Numbered from the stretch's first letter, positions 1-15,344 are shown. The stretch is DNA of 64,000 nt from Neocallimastix sp. 'constans' (GCA_050613775.1 JBODTK010000122.1:434001-498000), one strand, 5' to 3'. Notes: generated by a model from the sequence alone, not told the origin. Numbers and translations are program-made.

Positions 1-744
1 AAAAGCCTAAAAATCTAATAAATAATAGTTTTATTCATAATTATGTATGATAATACTATGAATACTAAACTATTAGGAAATAATAAATAGAATAACCCAT
101 TATTTAAATTTTTTTTTTTTTTTTTTACATTTTATATATTAAAAAAAAAAAAATATTAAATAATAATAATAAAAGAAAAGGTTATTATAGAGTAGAAAAA
201 TAATTTAATTAAATATTAATAAGAAGGTTACAACATATTTAATATACTATATTAAAATGATCATGATAGCAGTAAAAATAATGAAATTCAAATAAAAAGC
301 AATGCATTTTGGTAGTAAATGAAGCATCAAATAAAGGGTATCAAGTTTTTTTTAAGTATCTTTATTATTTAAAATATTTTCTATTACTGTTAATAAATTA
401 TAAGGTATTTCATTAATAGTTAAATGCACTTGTACATATTAGTATATATTATATAGATAAAGTGATATTAATACATAAATTAAATGTGTTCATATAAATA
501 AAATAGGTAATAAAAATTTTTAAAGCATTGATAAAAAAAAATATGAATTAAAGCATACTATTTTTTTATATATATATATATTATATACTATAAAAATTGT
601 TTGAATTTATATTTAATTGATGGATTAATGTTTATAATTATAATTCTTTAGATTATAGTGATAAATACATATGAAATTATTAATTTTTTTTTTTTATAAT
701 GATAAATACATATGAAATTATTAATTTTTTTTTATTTAATTAAA

Positions 745-788
<44 letters not shown>

Positions 789-1151
789 TATTTAAATTTA
801 GCATTTTCTTTTTCATTCATTTCTTTTCCAATATGAACTTTTTTGTCTATGATATGATAAAATAATATTTTTTATAATTAAATCTATTAATAATTAATAT
901 ATAAAATGTAGTTTATATATTAGTGTAGTTAATTAAATTAAATTCATTAGATAATATAAAAATCAACCAATTACAATATATAAAACTAATTAAATTTATA
1001 TAAAAATATTTAAATGAAATCATATACTTTAATACTTTTAACTTTAAAATTTATAAAGAAAATTTTTTTTATTTTATTAAGGTACATTATTAGAGACATA
1101 TTATTGGTTGAAATGAACAGAATTATTTGAATTGATTATAAAAAAAATTTT

Positions 1152-1378
<227 letters not shown>

Positions 1379-3250
1379 TATTAATATATATATAAATATA
1401 AATAAATAAAGAGTATAAATAATTAAATAAAATAAAATAAAATAAAATAATTGTAATCTACTTAATAAACCTTTCAAAATATATAATTTATCTAAAAGAA
1501 TAAAAGAACGTGATGTAATAAAATAGAATGATTATTGTAAAAACTTAATAAAATGAAAAGAAAAAAAGAAAAAAAAAGAAACAAGTAAATTTTTGGTACA
1601 AAAAAATATAAATATTAATATTTTTATTAAAATTTAATAATTTTTTCTATTTTTTTTTTTTTTTTTTAAAAAAATTATTATATTTTATTTAATATATATA
1701 TAGAATATATATTATATATTATATATTATATATTCATAATATATACAATTTATTTTATTTAATTTTTTATTTACTATACTTTTCAAAGTTTCCCTATATT
1801 TCTCCTATATATTACTTTTATGATTGAAGTTAATAATAAATAGAATTAAAAAATTTTTTTTTTTTTAATTAAAGATAAAATAATAAAAGTTTCGTTGTTA
1901 CTTTCAAATTTTTATTATTCATATATTAAAGAAAATGAAGATATAATTTATTGAAAATTAAAATTAATAATTATAATTATTCAAAAGAAATCATTACAAC
2001 TTTTTTTTTAATAATATTTTTTTTTTTTTTTAATGATATTATAAATACAGAACAAGTATATATAAATTTGTATTAATATGTTCTGTTCCAATATATATAT
2101 ATATATATTTTTAAAAAAACTTATTTAATAAAATAATTATAAAGTCAATAATTTACTAATAATTTAAGAAAAATATATATGAAATTAATAAATAAAAAAT
2201 TAAATAAGAAAAACAGTATTTAAAATTAAAAAATACTTAATAAACTAGTTGATACCAATTAATATAAATGAATAATTATATTTAATATTATAATATCAGA
2301 AATAATAATTATTTAAGAGTCAAAAAAAAAAAAAAAATAAATTAAAAAAAAAAAAAAAAAAGAGTGAATATACTTAATAAAAATTTATAAAAATATAAAT
2401 ATAGGATTATTTATATTATTTATAAAAGTAATTGAATATATAATAAAAAAAAAAAAAAAAAAAAAAAGATAGAAAAAAAAATAGTTATATTTAAGATTTA
2501 TATTTAAAATTTAATAATTCTTGAATGAAATATATTTTTTAAAAATATTATGTAAATATATATATTTTCTTTTTAAGAAAATAATATAGAATTTATTTAT
2601 AAATTTATTATTTATTCAGTTTTTTTTTTGTTTATATATTCAACATTTATACCAAAATTATATATTATCTATCAATTAGCTTTACAAGACTTTTTATTAT
2701 TTAATAATCCAATTCATATTTTATATAATTTAAATTTCTAATTTTTTTTTATTAAAAAAAGTAAAATTATGAAAAAATTAATTTGATAACAATAACTTAA
2801 AACAAAAAACAAAAAACAAAAACAAAAACAAAACAAAAAACAAAACAAAACAAAACAAAAAAAAAAAAAAAAAAAAAAAAAAACACACCCACACGAAGAA
2901 AAAACAAAATAATAAGAAAAAAAAAAAAAAAAAAAAAAAAAACAACGTAAACTAATTTAAATTTAAAAATATATATTTTAGTTCATATGTTTTTAATACA
3001 AAAGAAAGAAAGATTTAATATGTATAATAAAATCTGACGATAATGAGATTTTTTTTTTTTTTATAAAAATTAAGAAATTCAATATCAATTATTTAATATT
3101 AAAATTGAAATTTTTTTTTTTTTTTTATTTCAGAAACTTACACATTTATATTGTAAAGTTTTAAAATTATTCAACAGCAACTTATTTATATATTTATTAC
3201 TTCTCATTTAAATACATTTCTTTTTTTTTTTTATATAAAAAAATATAATA

Positions 3251-4233
3251 ATGAATAAACAATTAGAAAAGTATGTTGATTTATATAAAATCAAAGTAAA
3301 TCAACTACTCAACAGCAACTATTACGCATTCTTTAATATCATTGTTTTAATACTCAGTGCAATTGCTCTATCTGATGGTAATAAAGAAAATGACCACAAT
3401 ATATTAGATTTTGTTTTTTTCGATCTTGATAAAGCATATTCTATATTTTTTATAATAGATTTTTTCCTTAATTTTTCGGTAAAACCTATTAAAGAGATAT
3501 TTACAACATTTTGGGGATTATTTGATTTTTGTGTTTTATTAATTAGTGCTGCTTCTTTAGCTGGTCTTTTAAATTTTACTTCATTAAGATTATGGTTAAT
3601 TATTAAATATTTAAATAAAGTGCCAGGTATAATTAATAATAAAAATATCAAAATCATTATATATAATATATCTTATATATATTTATTATAGAGATATAAA
3701 TATAAAACTAAAACAAAACAAAAAAAAAAAATTTTTTTACATTAAATATAAATTTTTTTTTTATAAAATATTAATTACTAAATTTCTATATTTAAATTAG
3801 GGCTTGAATATACGAGTTCCATATGCTCAGCACTTAAAAAATCAATGAATATTATTAGAGATATTGGTATCTTTGCATTATTCTTTTTTACATGTACAGG
3901 TATTTTAGCAGTTTCTTTTTGGAGTGGTAAATTATCTAATTATTGTGTGGACAAAAGTGGTAATTTTTTAGATTCTAATAGACTCTGTTCTATTGATTCA
4001 AAATTTGGCTATCATTGCCCATTAAATTATACATGTACATATATAGAAAATGAAAATTCAGGGACTATCAGTTTTGATAATATTTTTATTTCATGGTTAA
4101 ATATTTTTCAGGTAAAATAATATAAATTGAATTATATATATATATATAAATAAAATAAAATATGATATAATAAAATAAATAAATAAATAAATAAAATTAG
4201 TAAATATGATGAATTAATTTCATTTAATTTATT

Positions 4234-4286
<53 letters not shown>

Positions 4287-5754
4287 AAAATTAAATCAAT
4301 TTATTAATATAATTATTTATAAAAATTATTAATTTAGGTGTTAACCACTGAAGGTTGGTCCGAAATTTATTTTAAAGTATCGGATGTTTCTTCAAAATTA
4401 TCATTTTTATTTTTTATATTCATTATAATTATAGGTAATTGGCTTTTACTTCAGTTAATTGTTGCTACAGTTGTGCAAAGTTTAAAAAGTCAAATTAAGA
4501 TTAATAAAAAGTATAATATTCAAAAGAGTAAGACCTTTATTTATGATGAAACATCAAAATATCATTCTTTGAAACATAAATTAAAAAACTTTATTAATAA
4601 TCCATGGGTAGAAAGTATCATACTTTTCATTACAATTCTTGATACCGTATTTATTTGTATGGTTAATAGTGATATTTCTGGTAAATTATCATCTTCTATT
4701 TTATATATTGAAATTGCATGTACAACAATATTTGCATTAGAAATGATAATAAAAATCATTGTTATGGGATTTATTGGCTATTGGAAATCTTCTATTTATA
4801 ATGTTATGGATGGTATTTTTACAATTCTTTCAATATTAGAAATATTATTATCAAATGATTCTGGAATTGCAGTATTTCGTATTCTTCGTGCTTTTCGTAT
4901 ATTACGTTTAACAAAATTTTTACCACAACTTTCCAATTTAATATCTGTATTTTGTGATTCAGCAAAACCATTATTTTCATTATTTATCATATGGATTTTA
5001 TCAATTATAATTTTTAGTTTATTTACCATTCAGTTCTTTCAAGGTGGTATGAATTTATTTGATAATAAACCAAAAAATAATTTAGAAAATTTTTATTATT
5101 CATTTCTATCGGTGGTTCAACTCTACACCGTAGAAAACTGGGATACCATAAAAGATAATGTTTACGAATCCAAAGGGATATATGCCACTTTAATTCCTGT
5201 GATAATTATTATTGTAGGTGCCTATATCTTCTCCCAATTTTTAGTCGCTATTTTATTAAATTCCTTTATTGATCGTCTTCAATCAGATGAATTGTATAAA
5301 AAGATTTCTTATCAAAAAGAAAATACTGGACACATTATTAAATATGTTTTAGAAGAGCTTTTTGAAACTAGTAAAAAGAATAAAAGTAATAAGGATGATA
5401 AAGATAATACGCCTAGTCATAGTAATGAAGATAAGACAGGTTCAGAGGATATAACGGATGCGGAAAATTCAACCGAACAAATTTCAGATAAAATAGAACC
5501 AAAACCAAAACATGAGATTATTAATGTTGCTGGAGAGCATAAACGCTATTATCCAACAAATTCTTCACCTCTTAAAAAAAATGAACCTATTCCTAAATCC
5601 TATTCAGTACCAATAGAATTGAATCAAAATTCATTGTTGAATACTTTTCATAAAAAAGCTCAAACCACAAATATGAAAAAAGATAATATAAATAATTTCG
5701 AAATACTTTCTAGTATTGCTGTTAAAAATGATAATAATTGTAATAATAATAATG

Positions 5755-5792
<38 letters not shown>

Positions 5793-7849
5793 CAAAATAA
5801 AGGAAAAGAACATGATTTTGCAACCGTGGTACCTATGTTTGATATATATGAACATATGAATGATGATCAAGAAAGTGAGCCTAGTCAAAGTCAAAATTCT
5901 CATGATAAAAAATTCAATGTTCAAGATACCCCTTTATGTACAACAACAGATTCATCATTTAATTATAGTGAATCTGGAACTACCGGTACCCCATTAGAAG
6001 AGGAAAGTCAAAAAAAGAAGGATGGTCTTAAGAAGAAGAGAAGTAAATTTACTATTAAGATTTCGGATGCTAAAGAAAATCATCATATTATGGGTGGTGG
6101 AAAAACGAATGTCCCTCATATTTTTTCACAAATTCTAAAGGAAAATAAAGAAGCTAGTGAAGAAAGGAAAAAAGTTAATTTAGAAGAAATGAAACAGATT
6201 GAAAATGAAAGACCTCCATCACCTCCAAAGCTTATTAGAAGGATTCGTACTTTGAAGCAAAAAAGGAAAACTAGACATATTGTAAGTGATTCACAATTGG
6301 GAGAACAAGTTCATGATGATTTAAAGGATTTTTTCGGTGTAAAAACAGAACCTCATGAACAAACCTTTAGATCTTTAGATATTACTGAGATGGATTCCAA
6401 TGAAATTTACCATACATTTACATCACCCTCAGCTCCAGAAACACATGGAGATATAGAATTAGAAATGAAACCTTCTACGGAAGTCGAACCCTTTAACAAG
6501 AAAAAACTTAAATATGAACAGTTTAAGGATGCCATCATCTCAAAAGTAAGAAAAATTCATAAAGAATATCGTGAATCCTATTTTGTTCACATTTGCTTTA
6601 AAACTATAAAAAATGATATTTATTTCTATATTATTGGTATTGTCACCATAGCTAGTTGTATATCATTAGCATTGGAAACCCCAAATCCTAAGGATTCAAA
6701 ATATTATTATATTTTATATAAATGTGATATATTTTATACGATTGTATTCATCATAGATTTACTCATTAATATTATTGCTTATGGTGCCTTGTTTACTAGA
6801 AGAGCTTATCTTAAAAAAATGTATAATTGGATTGATGTTGCTGTCGTCTTAATTTCTCTTCTTAATGTCCTTGGCTATGGTAATAAATTTCATTCATTAA
6901 GAATTTTCCGGTTAGTTCGTATTTTGAAATTTTTCAAGATTCATGATGGACTTCGAATTGTTTCAACTTCTGTCTGGAAAACGATACCTTCATTATTTGT
7001 TGCCTTAATTCCTTATGCTTTTTATTTGTTAATTTGTTCTTCTGTTAGTCTTTCCCTATTTGTTAATCGAGGTTGGGAATGTAATGATAAAACTATATAT
7101 TCTAAAGAAAAATGTGTCAATACCTATATCACCAATACAAATACCACCGAACCAAGAATATGGCATCCATACCCTGTAACCTATGATAATTTTTTTGATA
7201 GTCTTTTAAGTTCCTTTATTATTTCACATCAAGAAGGCTGGCCAGATATTATGTATCGTTATATGGATTCTGTAGATCCCACAGATAATACAGGTAATGA
7301 ACATCATTTAGGTTATTCTGTTTTTTTTGTTTTTTCTGTATTAATTGGTAATTGGCTTTTCTTGGCTGTTGTTACTGCTTTAATTTTTAATAATTTAAAA
7401 AGAAATCAAGATATTTTGAGAGGAATTCAGGTAAGTAAAAATAATAATATTAAACCAAAAAAAAAAAAAAAAAATTGTTTTTTATTCTATTATTTTTTAA
7501 TTAGTCATATTCCTATTATTAAATATTATTATTTTAATACTATTTAATAAATAAATGAATTATATATATATATATAACATTTATTAATATTAATATTATT
7601 ATTTAATAATACTTAATAAATAAATGAATTAAATATATATATAACATTTATTAATATTAATATTATTATTTAATAATATTTAATAAATAAATGAATTAAA
7701 TATATATATATATAACATTTATTAATTTTAATATTATTATTTAATAATATTTAATAAATAAATGAATTAAATATATATATATAACATTTATTAATTTTAA
7801 TATTATTATTTAATATTATTAATATGTATATATATATTTTTTTTATTTT

Positions 7850-7882
<33 letters not shown>

Positions 7883-8655
7883 ATTTTAAAATTAATGATG
7901 TATATATATATACTTTTAATATATATACAAATACTAATTTTATTAATATTTTTATTATTTTTTGTTATTCTTTATTATTGAAATTCCTATGAATTAAAAG
8001 TATTTATCGGATGGTCAACGAAAATTATTAGATTATATTAAATTAATTATCACAAATAAACCACATTTTCCAATAGAAAAATCGAAATCAACATTTAGAA
8101 ATAAAGTAAGACTTTTTATCAAATCCAAATTATTTAATAGAATATCTTTTGGAGTCATTGGTGTAAATGTTTTGGTTATGATGCTCGATTGTACAAATAA
8201 TAATGAAATAATTAGTAAGATAATATCCTATTCTGAAATAATATTTATAATGTTATATACCATTGAAGTTATCATACTCTTTTATGGTTATGGTATTAAA
8301 TATTTTTTTAAGGACTATTGGAATATATTGTCATTTGCTATTGTGGTGGCATCTATTATTTCACTTTTCTTTAAGAAATCAACTTTTCCAATTATTTTTT
8401 CTTCCATTCGTCTTCTAAGGATTTTACGTATTATTAAATATGCTAAAGGTTTAAAGGCTTTGGGTATTGCAATATTTTTTAATTTTACTCAACTCTTTAA
8501 TGTACTATTTGTAAGTATCTAAGTATATATAAAAGAAAAGTATAATACAGTTTTATTACTTTAATTATTTCTTTATATATGTATATATTTAATATATATT
8601 ATATATATATATATTTTATATAAATATTTTATTTTATTTTTATTTTATTATATAT

Positions 8656-8688
<33 letters not shown>

Positions 8689-8710
8689 TATTTTTATTAT
8701 TTTTATTATT

Positions 8711-8743
<33 letters not shown>

Positions 8744-11700
8744 TATTTTATTTTTATTTATTTTTAAATTTATAAATTTTTTTATGAAAAATAAATTTAA
8801 ACGATGTTTTTTATGACTTTATATAGAATTTTAAATGGATTATTTATCAATTGTTTAAAAAAAAAAAATTTTTTTATCCTTTATCAGTAATGATAAAAAA
8901 ATTAAAACAAACATGATAAGATAAAGAAGAAAAAAAAAATTTTTTTTTTTGAAGCAAAACCAAAAAAAAAAAAAATAATAATAATTATAATATTATTTTT
9001 TTTTAATTATGATTGGTTATAATTTTAAAAAATAATTTTAATTTTTTTTTTTTTTTTTAAATTTTAATATAATATAATATTATTATTTATCTTGAAAAAA
9101 AAAAAATATTTTAAAATTTAAAAAAAAAAAAAAAAAAATACTATATCTATTAAAAATATTAATTTATATTATAATTAATTATAATGTTAACATTATTAAT
9201 TATATATATATATTTAATTATATTTATAAATATATTAATGTATATTATTTAAATTTTAGTTAATGTTCATTGTTTGTTTTGTGTTTGCCGTTATTGGTTA
9301 TCATTACTTTGGAAGCATAAACATTGAATATACCAGTTACTTAAATGAACATTTAAATTTTTCATCTTTTATCAACAGTTTTATTACAGTATTTATATTT
9401 TGTACAGGAGAAGGTTGGCCATTTGCTTTAAGTGATTGTACAGGTAAAACAATTAGTCCAATTTGTGATCCTAAAACTGATAATTGTGGTTCGCATTGGG
9501 CTGTAATATATTTTATTTCATTACAAGTTATCTTTAGTTGGATTCTGTTAAATAGTTTTATTGCAATTACAGTTGATACCTTTGTTACCGTATTGGAAGA
9601 ACATGATGAAATTGTTCGTTTAGAAAAAGTATGGAATGCTTTTAATCAACAATGGATTAAATATGATTGGAATAAATCGGGTGATTTAACTTTTGTTGAA
9701 TTAGTAAATATGTATAATAGTTTTAAACTTCCAAAAGGAACGGAATGGGGTAATCAAAATAGAGAAAATGGTTTATTGTTAGTTAAACCTCCAATAGAGG
9801 AATTATTTAAAAATGTAAAAGTATATAAAAATCGATGTAAATATCATGATGTTATCTTTGGATTTTTAAATAGTTGGATGGGAGAAGAGCTACCAAAGTC
9901 TTTTCTTATACGTGAAAAAGAAAAAGTGAAAACAGGCTATGAAAAGAAAGTTTTTGAAAAACATAGAAATAGTATCTACAGTTTGGAGTGTAGTATTAAT
10001 GATGAGAAAAAGAAGAAGGAAACGAAAAAAGAAAAAATAATAACAAAATTAAAGGATACGTATAGAGAAGTCGTTAATACTCTTTCTTTTGAATCATCAA
10101 ATAATCATTTAAAAGATGTTAATATTCATATCTTGGTTGAAAGTGTTGAAGATGATCCAAAAGATGATTATCATCCTAATAATAATAATAATGATAATAA
10201 TAATGATATTAATAATGATATTAATAATGATATTAATAATGATATTAATAATGATATTAATAATGATGTTAATAATACAGATGATGATAATACATTAAAT
10301 TTTAATTCACCTTCAGCTATTGAAGAGGAATATATTAGAATGAATATGCATACTTGTAATGGTAGAATTCAAAATATAAATACCAATAATTTAATGAATA
10401 TCTTAAGAAATAATGGAGTAGGTGATGATAAAGAGACTAATGTATCTACACCAACTCCAACTAATACCATCTTTAATTTATTTGAAACTAGTAAGAATGA
10501 CTATTCTTCAGAAACGTTAAATGAGTTAAATCAATCCACAAAAAATAGCGAGGATCATCGTCATCCAAATACACAGGAACAAAAGATTGAAAAAACTGAG
10601 AAAACTGAAGAGAAGAAAAATGATGATGATAATGGAGAAGAAGGAAAGAATGAAAAGAGTGAAAAGAATGAGAAAGAAGAAAAAAATGAAAAGAAAGGAA
10701 AAGGAAGAGAAAGAGAAACTGAAGATAATGAAGAGAAGAATAAAAATGAAAATGAAAATGAAGATAAAGATAAAGAAAAATTTAAAGAAAAATTAACACA
10801 ATATAAGTTCAATCGTAAAGATAGTTATCCACCTAAAAGATATTCTACACATTATTCTTCACAATATTCTTCAGATACTTCAAGTCATTCCAATTTCCAG
10901 AGTAATGATAATATTTTTGATCAAAATAGGATTGATGAAAGTGAAGCATTTTCCTTAGAAGAAGTTGATAAGATTTTAGAACAAAAGGAAAGAAAAAGAG
11001 AATTAGAAAGAGATAAAGAATTAAGAAATTTAAATGAAAAACCATTAAAGAAGAGTCATCCACATCTTTATCATGAAGAGAATTACTATCATAAGCGTTA
11101 TTCCACTCATAGTTCAGGATCATTGAACCCTAATCCTATTCCAAATTCTAATTTCCTTTCTGTAAATACTATAATGGATAATGATCTTTTCACGTTGAAT
11201 GAAGTAGACAGTATATTAGAAGGAAATAAAGAGGATAAAGAAAAAGAAATGGAAAAACCAAAAGAAAAAGAAAGAGTTTCTAAATTAAAAGGTTATCGTC
11301 ATCAAGTCTTTCGTGAAGATAGTTACCCAATCAAACGAAATTCGAATTATTTATCGACCGCTACAAAAGTCCCCAACCTCGGCAATGAAACCTTAAGCTA
11401 TAAACCAAATAATTTCAATCCTATCGTTATTTCAAATCGTAATTCAAATTCTAGTCCGAATATTCATCGAGATTCTTTAACGGTTACTCCTGTCAATATG
11501 AATCTAATACCAAAGAATTCTAGTTCTCCTAATATTGCTCTTGCTAATATTAATCCAATGCCAATGACTTCAACAACTGGTAAGCCTAATATTGCCCTCG
11601 CCAATATTAATCCAATGTCAATGGCTTTAGCTGATTCACCTAATTCAAATAATATCAATATCAATACTATCGGTATTCCTAATTATATTATGACCAGTGA

Positions 11701-12502
11701 ACCTTCAAGTTATGAAAGTAGTGAAAGTCAATACAATGGAAGTCTATCCTTTAGTCAATCCAGTGGTAGGAAATTTTCTTTCCCTCATCATTCCCTTTCA
11801 CAATATGATCAATTTAAGATACATCCTTTACGTAAAACAACAGAACCATTGCCTATAACTCAACCATCACAACAACCATCTCAATCTCAATCTCAAACCC
11901 AATCTCAAACTCAACAACAAAATCAACATCAACATCAACATCAAAACCAACGTCAAACTCATTTCAGTCTTCATTCTTCAACAACCACAAAAATTTCGTA
12001 TGATGATAAACCTGCACTCTATCCAAAAACAAAACAAGGAGATTCTGGATCAAAAACTATTAGTAGTTTAAATAAACCAAAGCTATTAAATAAATATAAA
12101 ACCTTTGTAGAAACACAAACATCAGAAAAATTATCCTTAAATTATTTTGGAAGATCAAAAAGTTATGATACTAAACTTGATATCTTTAATCCAGGTCATC
12201 CATTAGATGATATATCACGTAATATCATTGAACTAGATGAAATCATTGGTATTGATAATGAAGAGGAAGAAAAGAAGAATAAACATAGAAGTATAAATTT
12301 AAAAAATAATTTACATCGTATTAAATCTAGAACTAGTTTTAGAATGGGTTTCAAGGATAACTATTTATCTAATGATATTTTAATTGATGTTAATAAGCAA
12401 GGTCTACCTTTCCATGTAGTGTATGCGGTATGGCAAATTCAACAAAAATTTAGATCTTCAAGAAAAGAGAAAAAAATAATTGAAAGAAAAAAAAAATTTT
12501 AA
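3251..12502 (+). CDS. Four-domain voltage-gated calcium channel alpha-1 subunit (Cav-like), paralogue A, 5 exons, ~2510 aa
   Basis: GT-AG exons 3251-3626, 3801-4111, 4338-7430, 8001-8510, 9260-12502 join in frame (7533 nt). Four S1-S6 repeats; pore motifs TTEGW / TVENW / HQEGW / TGEGW (EEEE); S4 helices FRILRAFRILRLTK, LRIFRLVRILKFFK, IRLLRILRIIKYAK; EF-hand-like WIKYDWNKSGDL after IVS6; IQ-like YAVWQIQQKFR at the C-terminus. Confidence 0.93.
7543..7815. repeat. Intronic minisatellite, four copies of a ~67-71 bp unit
   Basis: TTAATAAATAAATGAATTA(AT)nAACATTTATTAAT... repeated four times in intron 3 of paralogue A. Confidence 0.9.
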
Positions 12503-12561
12503 AGATCAATTAAATGAAGAAGAAGGGTGAATAGGGGAAAGGAAATAATAATATTAATAGT

Positions 12562-12596
<35 letters not shown>

Positions 12597-13345
12597 TTAT
12601 AAAAAGGAATAACCATTATAAAGTAAAATAATAACTAATAATAATAAATAATTGAAAAGATGATAAAGAAAATAATAATATTAATAATAATTATAATAAT
12701 AATAAATTTAATAAAAAATTTAATTAAAAGAATGGAATAGATAGAAAATTTTTAAAAAGGATACTAAATAAAAGGATGTTTAAATAAAGAAATGTTAATT
12801 AAGGAATGTTAAAATAAAAGATCCAAAAAATAAAAATAAAAAAATAAAAATAAAAAATAAAAAAAAAAAATAATAATAGTAAAAATAAAAAAATGAGTAA
12901 ATAAAAAAAAAAAAGACAGTAAAAAAAAACAAAAAAACAAAAAAAAAAAAAAAAAAAAAAAGTAATAAATAAAATAAAATAAAATAAAATAAAAAAAAAG
13001 TAAGATTATGATGACAATTTTTTTTTATTTAAAATATATTTATTTTTATTTTATTTATTATTTATTTATTATTAATTATTTTATTTTATTTTTATTTTAT
13101 TTATTATTATAATTTTATTTTTAATTTTTTTTCATTTTTTATGATAAAGATTCTATTTTCTATTTATGAATTAGTTAATAATTATAATAATAATAATAAT
13201 AATAAAAATAGTAAAAAAAAAAGATTCTTTTTTATTTAAAATGAATATATATTTTATTTTATTATTATTTTTTTTTTTTTTAATTCTTTTCATTTTTTAT
13301 GATAAAGATTCTATTTTCTATTTATGAATTAGTTTAATAATTATG

Positions 13346-13402
<57 letters not shown>

Positions 13403-13408
13403 TATTTA

Positions 13409-13439
<31 letters not shown>

Positions 13440-13697
13440 GATATTTAATTAATTATTATTTATTTTATGAATAAGATAATAAAATAAAAACATTATTCAT
13501 TATTTATATTAATTTAATTATTTAATTATTTATTTAAGAGATGAGAACCATTATTTATATATATTTTTATATTGTTCATTATTATTAATTATATATATAT
13601 ATATAAATCAAGATAATAATAATAAATAATAATTGATTAATAATGACTTGTTAAGAGTCAGGAATTTTAGGGTTTATAATTATGTCAACTGTATTTA

Positions 13698-13731
<34 letters not shown>

Positions 13732-13987
13732 ATAGAGTTATTAGTTCTTTATATTAAATTCTTTTACTCTATTTCATTGTGGCTTGTTCATTATTTATTA
13801 TAAAATGATTCAATCCATTTGAAGATTTTTTTTTATATATATTTCATATATTCTAACTAACAATAAAAGTAATAATAAATATTAAAAAATATTAATGAAT
13901 AGTAAATAAATAAAAACTTTTTAAAATAAAATTAAAGTAGTATAATCGAAAAAAAAATTTTTTTTTTTTTATTATTAATTAATCCCT

Positions 13988-14018
<31 letters not shown>

Positions 14019-15344
14019 TTATAATTTCTATCTATATGAAAAAAATTGGCATGATTTATTTCAAATAAATAATTTGTTTGAAAAAATTTATATAAATAAT
14101 TAATAAATTTATATTTATAATTATAATAATTATAAATATAAATATTTAATAATTAGAAACTTCTTATTGGTTAAATATATATTATTAAAATAGAATATTC
14201 TAAGAAAAAAAAGAAGGGTTACCCTATTTTTTTTTTTTTTTTTTTTTTTTTGGTATTTTATACTAAATTAAATAACAAACTATAATTATAATAAACTATT
14301 TTTTTTTTTTTATTTGAAAATGTTTTTTTTATAAGAATTAAAATATACAAAAAATAAAAAAAAAGGTTTATTAAAATTTATTTGTTAAATATAAATTATT
14401 TTTTTACTTTATAATAAATAATTAGAAATAAATAAAATTTAAGAATTTTTTTATTTATAATATATAAATGATATAATTATATATATTACATATTAAATAG
14501 TAAATAATATACAAAGATGAATAGAGAATTGAATTCTATACATAATTAATTTATAAACTCTATTTTGATACAAACAGTAAGGTTACACAAGTGATTCTTT
14601 TTTTTTTATTCTTTTTATTTTTTTTTTTTTTTAATAAAATCCTTTTATTTTTATTATTTTTAATACCAAAAATAGAAAATTATAATATATTACATTATAG
14701 AATTTAATAGTCCTCATTTGAATTAATATAAATTAATAATATTTGTTTCAATTGTAATTATAATTTATGTATTATTTATTCTAATTCTTTTTTATCAACC
14801 ATATAATACAAATTTAAATTAAAGTTAATTAAATAGAAATTATTTAATCTATATCATATATATCAACTGTAAATACTAATAATATTTGATTATTAATCAT
14901 TTATTTAGTACTCAAAAATATATTTTCAGACCTAACATATTATATTATTGTTTTTTATCTATCAAATTTATTAATATTTTAAATTATTGATTATTATCTA
15001 TTAAATTTATTAATATTTTAAATAATGAAATAATGAAATAAAAAGAAACATATAATAAATAAATAATTAATAATAAATAATAAATAATAAATAATAAATA
15101 ATAAATATATAATAATATATAATTAATAATAAATAATTAATATTATATAATAAATATTAATAGATGTAATAATTATAGTAATAGTATGTATTAAAACTAG
15201 AGATAAAAGATTATCCATTATTAATATTAATATTGGTATTAATCAAAATACTAAGTTAAAAAGTAGCAAGAAAAAAAAAAGTTTGATGTAAAGTTTATTA
15301 AAACTTAAAATTTAACATAAAAGAAAAGAATAAAATTAAAAACT

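Noticed and set aside
13130..13350. Short local direct duplications (also ~660-730, 47050-47435, 55061-55150)
   Set aside because: Ordinary slippage-type duplications in AT-rich noncoding DNA with no further structure.
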